A DNA stretch of 64,000 nucleotides from positions 48,521 through 112,520 of IMG/VR virus record IMGVR_UViG_3300035208_001463. The stretch is one strand, 5' to 3'. Positions 61,086-64,000 of this stretch are shown piece by piece. The position numbers were made by a program, and so were the translations under genes. This DNA comes from a virus. Its lineage: Duplodnaviria; Caudoviricetes. The notes below the pieces were generated by a model. The model made no database searches. It saw nothing but the letters and a program-made list of their open reading frames with translations, and was not told the origin of the DNA. Position 1 is the stretch's first letter. Every line of letters begins with the position of its first letter.

Positions 61086-62189
61086 ATGCACCCAGATCTA
61101 TCAATCGTCATTCCTACTTATAATGAAGCAGAAACCATCCAAACCACGATACAAAAAATATCTCATATCATTCGTAATAGCAATGTTCCTTTTGAGATTA
61201 TTGTTGTGGATGATTCGTCCACGGATGAGACCCAACAATTGGTAATTGATATGATCGCGCGCCGTTATCCTGTGGTTCTGGTGACGCGCACAAAAGATCC
61301 GGGACTTTCACAATCTGTAATGGCGGGGATAGAGCGCGCACAAGGAAGTGTGGTCGTGGTTACTGATGCGGATGGAAGTCATGACTTCAAATTGATACCA
61401 AAGTTATACTCTGAAATAAAAAGTGGTGGGGCAGATATTGTAATTGGGAGTCGTTATATGCCCGGCGGCGGGATAAAAGACTGGCCTGTCAAACGCCGTG
61501 TCATTTCGTGGGGAGCAACAACACTATCAAGAATTTTATTTCCACAAATCTCCGACCCCGTTTCCGGTTTCTTCGGAATCAAAAGGGATCTTGTCCTTCA
61601 CACCCCAAGCATCAAACCACGCGGGTACAAGATCCTTCTTGAATTTCTAGGCAAATGTCGTTGGCACACATTTAAAGAATTGCCTTATGTTTTTCAAAAT
61701 CGAAAACGTGGGAATAGTAAACTCAAAGCCGCAATAATGGCCGATTTTTTGAAACAAATAATAAACATCTCACTTTTTCCCGGGCGCGCATGGGATGAGT
61801 TACGAAAAATAATAAACTTCGGAATAGTGGGTCTTGTTGGTGTCTCCGTGAATATGGTATGCTTATCTATTTTTAAAGAAGTATTTTCTGTGCCACTGAT
61901 TTACGCGAGTTTTTTATCAATCGAAATAAGTATTTTAACAAACTTTCTAATGAACGATAAATGGACATTCCACGGATTGAAATGTGAAAAATCATTCCTT
62001 CACAAGATGTTTAGTTATAATTCAATTTGTGTTGGATCAATGTTAATAAATGTTGCAACACTTATGACACTAACATTTGTAGGAATAAACTATCTAATAG
62101 GAAATGCAATCGGGATAGGGGTTGGATATATTTGGAATTTTTTAATGAATAGAAGAATAACTTGGGTGGAAAATTTGCCCAAGTTTTAA
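61086..62189 (+). CDS. GT2 polyprenol-phosphate glycosyltransferase (DPM1-like) fused to GtrA-like domain
   Basis: SIVIPTYNE, VVDDSSTD, TDADGSH, IGSRY and DPVSGF motifs; four C-terminal TMs with FGIVG..NF..N..WTF. Confidence 0.9.
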   Translation: MHPDLSIVIPTYNEAETIQTTIQKISHIIRNSNVPFEIIVVDDSSTDETQQLVIDMIARRYPVVLVTRTKDPGLSQSVMAGIERAQGSVVVVTDADGSHDFKLIPKLYSEIKSGGADIVIGSRYMPGGGIKDWPVKRRVISWGATTLSRILFPQISDPVSGFFGIKRDLVLHTPSIKPRGYKILLEFLGKCRWHTFKELPYVFQNRKRGNSKLKAAIMADFLKQIINISLFPGRAWDELRKIINFGIVGLVGVSVNMVCLSIFKEVFSVPLIYASFLSIEISILTNFLMNDKWTFHGLKCEKSFLHKMFSYNSICVGSMLINVATLMTLTFVGINYLIGNAIGIGVGYIWNFLMNRRITWVENLPKF

Positions 62190-62206
62190 ATCTTTAAAAA
62201 AAGAGA

Positions 62207-62671
62207 TTAAACAGATTTATCAATAATAATCTGTGTTCCACCGTCAGCAAAGTTTCCTACAATAACAATGCGCGCGGGTACATCCAATGCAGCAGCAGAC
62301 ACGAGTTTAAGGCTCGATCCAATCGCCGGATCTGCTACCGACGTTGCAACAAAATTGTCTCCAGATGCAGATGCAGCAATTGTCGTCCCGTCAAAATCAG
62401 TCATTGTAAACGCTTGGGGTGCTGTAATACTAACACTTGTAAGCAATGCCTGATCCTGCCCGCCCATATCCACCATCTGAATTGATGCGGAACTTGTCTT
62501 CTGAACGGTAAACATTACAACATGCGCCTTCGATACATTGTCGAACATCCCAAATGCGAATGCTCCAACCACTGCTGCGAGAATCACCGTGATAGATACC
62601 ATAAGCATGACACCCACCACATTTGATACCGCGCTATCATTCTTCTTAATACACATCATTTTTATCTCCAT
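62207..62671 (-). CDS. Archaeal type IV pilin (class III signal peptide, Pilin_N/DUF1628-like)
   Basis: KKNDSA|VSNVVGVMLMVSITVILAAVVGAFAFG. Confidence 0.88.
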   Translation of the reverse strand: MEIKMMCIKKNDSAVSNVVGVMLMVSITVILAAVVGAFAFGMFDNVSKAHVVMFTVQKTSSASIQMVDMGGQDQALLTSVSITAPQAFTMTDFDGTTIAASASGDNFVATSVADPAIGSSLKLVSAAALDVPARIVIVGNFADGGTQIIIDKSV

Positions 62672-63040
62672 AAATATCCGCGAACAGGATATTCACATTA
62701 CGTATTGTATTGCATAGTATAAATAACTATTGAATTGCAAATTAAATTTTTATCCACGTGCCACTTTTAACAAATTGGATTATATCGTTCTGCTCTTTGA
62801 GAAGACTCGTTATGCGCGCAGAGGATAAAGAATAATTTTTGTTCAATTTTGAAAGTGTCATCACGAGATGATTAATATGAAATGTATCCCCGCTTGGTAT
62901 CTTTTTAAGAAATGATTTTAATCTTTTTCTTAATGTATTGTTTCCTTTTGTTCTATTATTTGACATGTCTTATTGTATATGCGTTTTAAATATTTATATA
63001 TTGTGGTTGGGCAGATTGGCAAAGGGATTTTCAATTTGTC

Positions 63041-63343
63041 CTAAATTATCACCAACACATTATTAATAACCGCACCCAATGTAATTCCTATAACCACTGA
63101 CATTCCAAGATACCCAATCCATTTTGTTTTGTAACAATTAACTATAAGTATTACCAGACACAACCCTATTCCTTTAACAACGATACTTGATAACGGAGAC
63201 TCTATAACCGCGCGCATTATAGGATTTGCTTCATATCCAATTCCAGTTGAAAGGCAAACTTGTGTTGTACAGATGTCTAGTGCGAAGACCACTGCTAACA
63301 TTAGACCTAGGAAGAGGTCGCCGGGGTTTTGGATGTATTTCAT
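63041..63343 (-). CDS. DUF5658-like membrane protein
   Basis: LDICTT..G.GYEANPIM motif, three TMs. Confidence 0.65.
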   Translation of the reverse strand: MKYIQNPGDLFLGLMLAVVFALDICTTQVCLSTGIGYEANPIMRAVIESPLSSIVVKGIGLCLVILIVNCYKTKWIGYLGMSVVIGITLGAVINNVLVII

Positions 63344-63386
63344 AAATTTATATTTTTTAATGACGATGTTTATTGTTCACAAAACT

Positions 63387-64000
63387 CTGACACACTCTAC
63401 CACTCCAATGTAGTAGGTTTCAACGTTACCGGGCATTCCAGCATTGCGTCGTGGGGTATCAGTGCTCCCATCGTACACATCTCTTTCTGTGTACGATCGA
63501 TCATACTTTTTTGACGCAATGCTATATTGAATGCCGCATTAACGTCAGCATGATCAACGTGTCCACAAACAGGACACTTAAATTCCTTACCATTCCGTTG
63601 ACCACGCGCGCCACATTTAGAACAATCTTGTGAAGTGTAAGACGGATTAACATAAAGGACGGGGACACCAAGCAGCTTGGCTTTATATTCAACAAATGTT
63701 TGAAGTTGATAGAAAGACCAACTGTGCAAGGCATATTTGAAAGGTTTAAATTGTCTTTTACTTGTAGTTTGAATTCCTTTCAAATTCTCAAAAACAAGCA
63801 ATGCGTGTTGTTCCTTTGCCATATCAACAATCTTACGACTGATTTTATGGTTAAGGTCTTTTACAATACGACTCTCACGGTTTTTCATCTTCTTTACTTC
63901 GCGAAACTTTCCTTCTTTCTGAAGTCGTTTTCGAATTGATAAATACTTTTTATGGATATGAAGTGATTTCTTACCGAGTTTTTCAATCTTTCCGGTATCG
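63387..64000 (-). mobile_element. IS200/IS605-family element, right end (continues beyond window)
   Basis: Minus-strand hairpin CTACTAC-ATTGGA-GTGGTAG followed by terminal GTCAG ending at 63387. Confidence 0.65.
63397..64000 (-). CDS. tnpB: TnpB, C-terminal part (5'-truncated by window)
   Basis: Frame open to window end; LVFENL, WSFYQL, YTSQDCSKC, CPVC and HADVNAAFNIA motifs. Confidence 0.9.
   Translation of the reverse strand, partial: DTGKIEKLGKKSLHIHKKYLSIRKRLQKEGKFREVKKMKNRESRIVKDLNHKISRKIVDMAKEQHALLVFENLKGIQTTSKRQFKPFKYALHSWSFYQLQTFVEYKAKLLGVPVLYVNPSYTSQDCSKCGARGQRNGKEFKCPVCGHVDHADVNAAFNIALRQKSMIDRTQKEMCTMGALIPHDAMLECPVTLKPTTLEW

Overview
AT-rich, gene-dense segment of a large archaeal virus or virus-like element, probably infecting a Methanomicrobiales-type methanogen. 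Host evidence: TATA-box promoters, GGTGA/GGAG ribosome-binding sites, a tRNA with a canonical bulge-helix-bulge intron, Pth2, an archaeal type IV pilin and PKD/DUF3821-like surface proteins. I see no HK97 capsid, portal, terminase or tail genes. Instead there is a Zot/FtsK-HerA-like ATPase, many small two-helix membrane proteins and large secreted adhesin-like proteins, suggesting an enveloped (pleomorphic or spindle-type) virion. Two candidate RNA-guided systems stand out. (1) At 32.7-34.1 kb, an operon of Zn-ribbon, stand-alone Cas7/RAMP-like protein and DUF559/Vsr-like nuclease is followed by a non-CRISPR array: three hairpin-delimited tracts of 5-nt units, each a conserved G-[G/T/A]-Y triplet plus a variable dinucleotide. 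(2) At 57.6-59.3 kb, a TnpB-derived, Cas12f-like RuvC nuclease has its stop codon inside the first repeat of a 3-repeat/2-spacer CRISPR mini-array, with a candidate anti-repeat RNA in its 5' leader. Also present: two ordinary IS200/IS605 tnpB elements, five tRNAs (including a rare tRNA-Ile(UAU)), unexplained structured RNAs in the tRNA operons, a tyrosine recombinase with two lox-like sites, HNH endonucleases, a glycosylation pair and a 5-kb block of tiny basic proteins. All protein family calls come from motif recognition by eye, not database searches.
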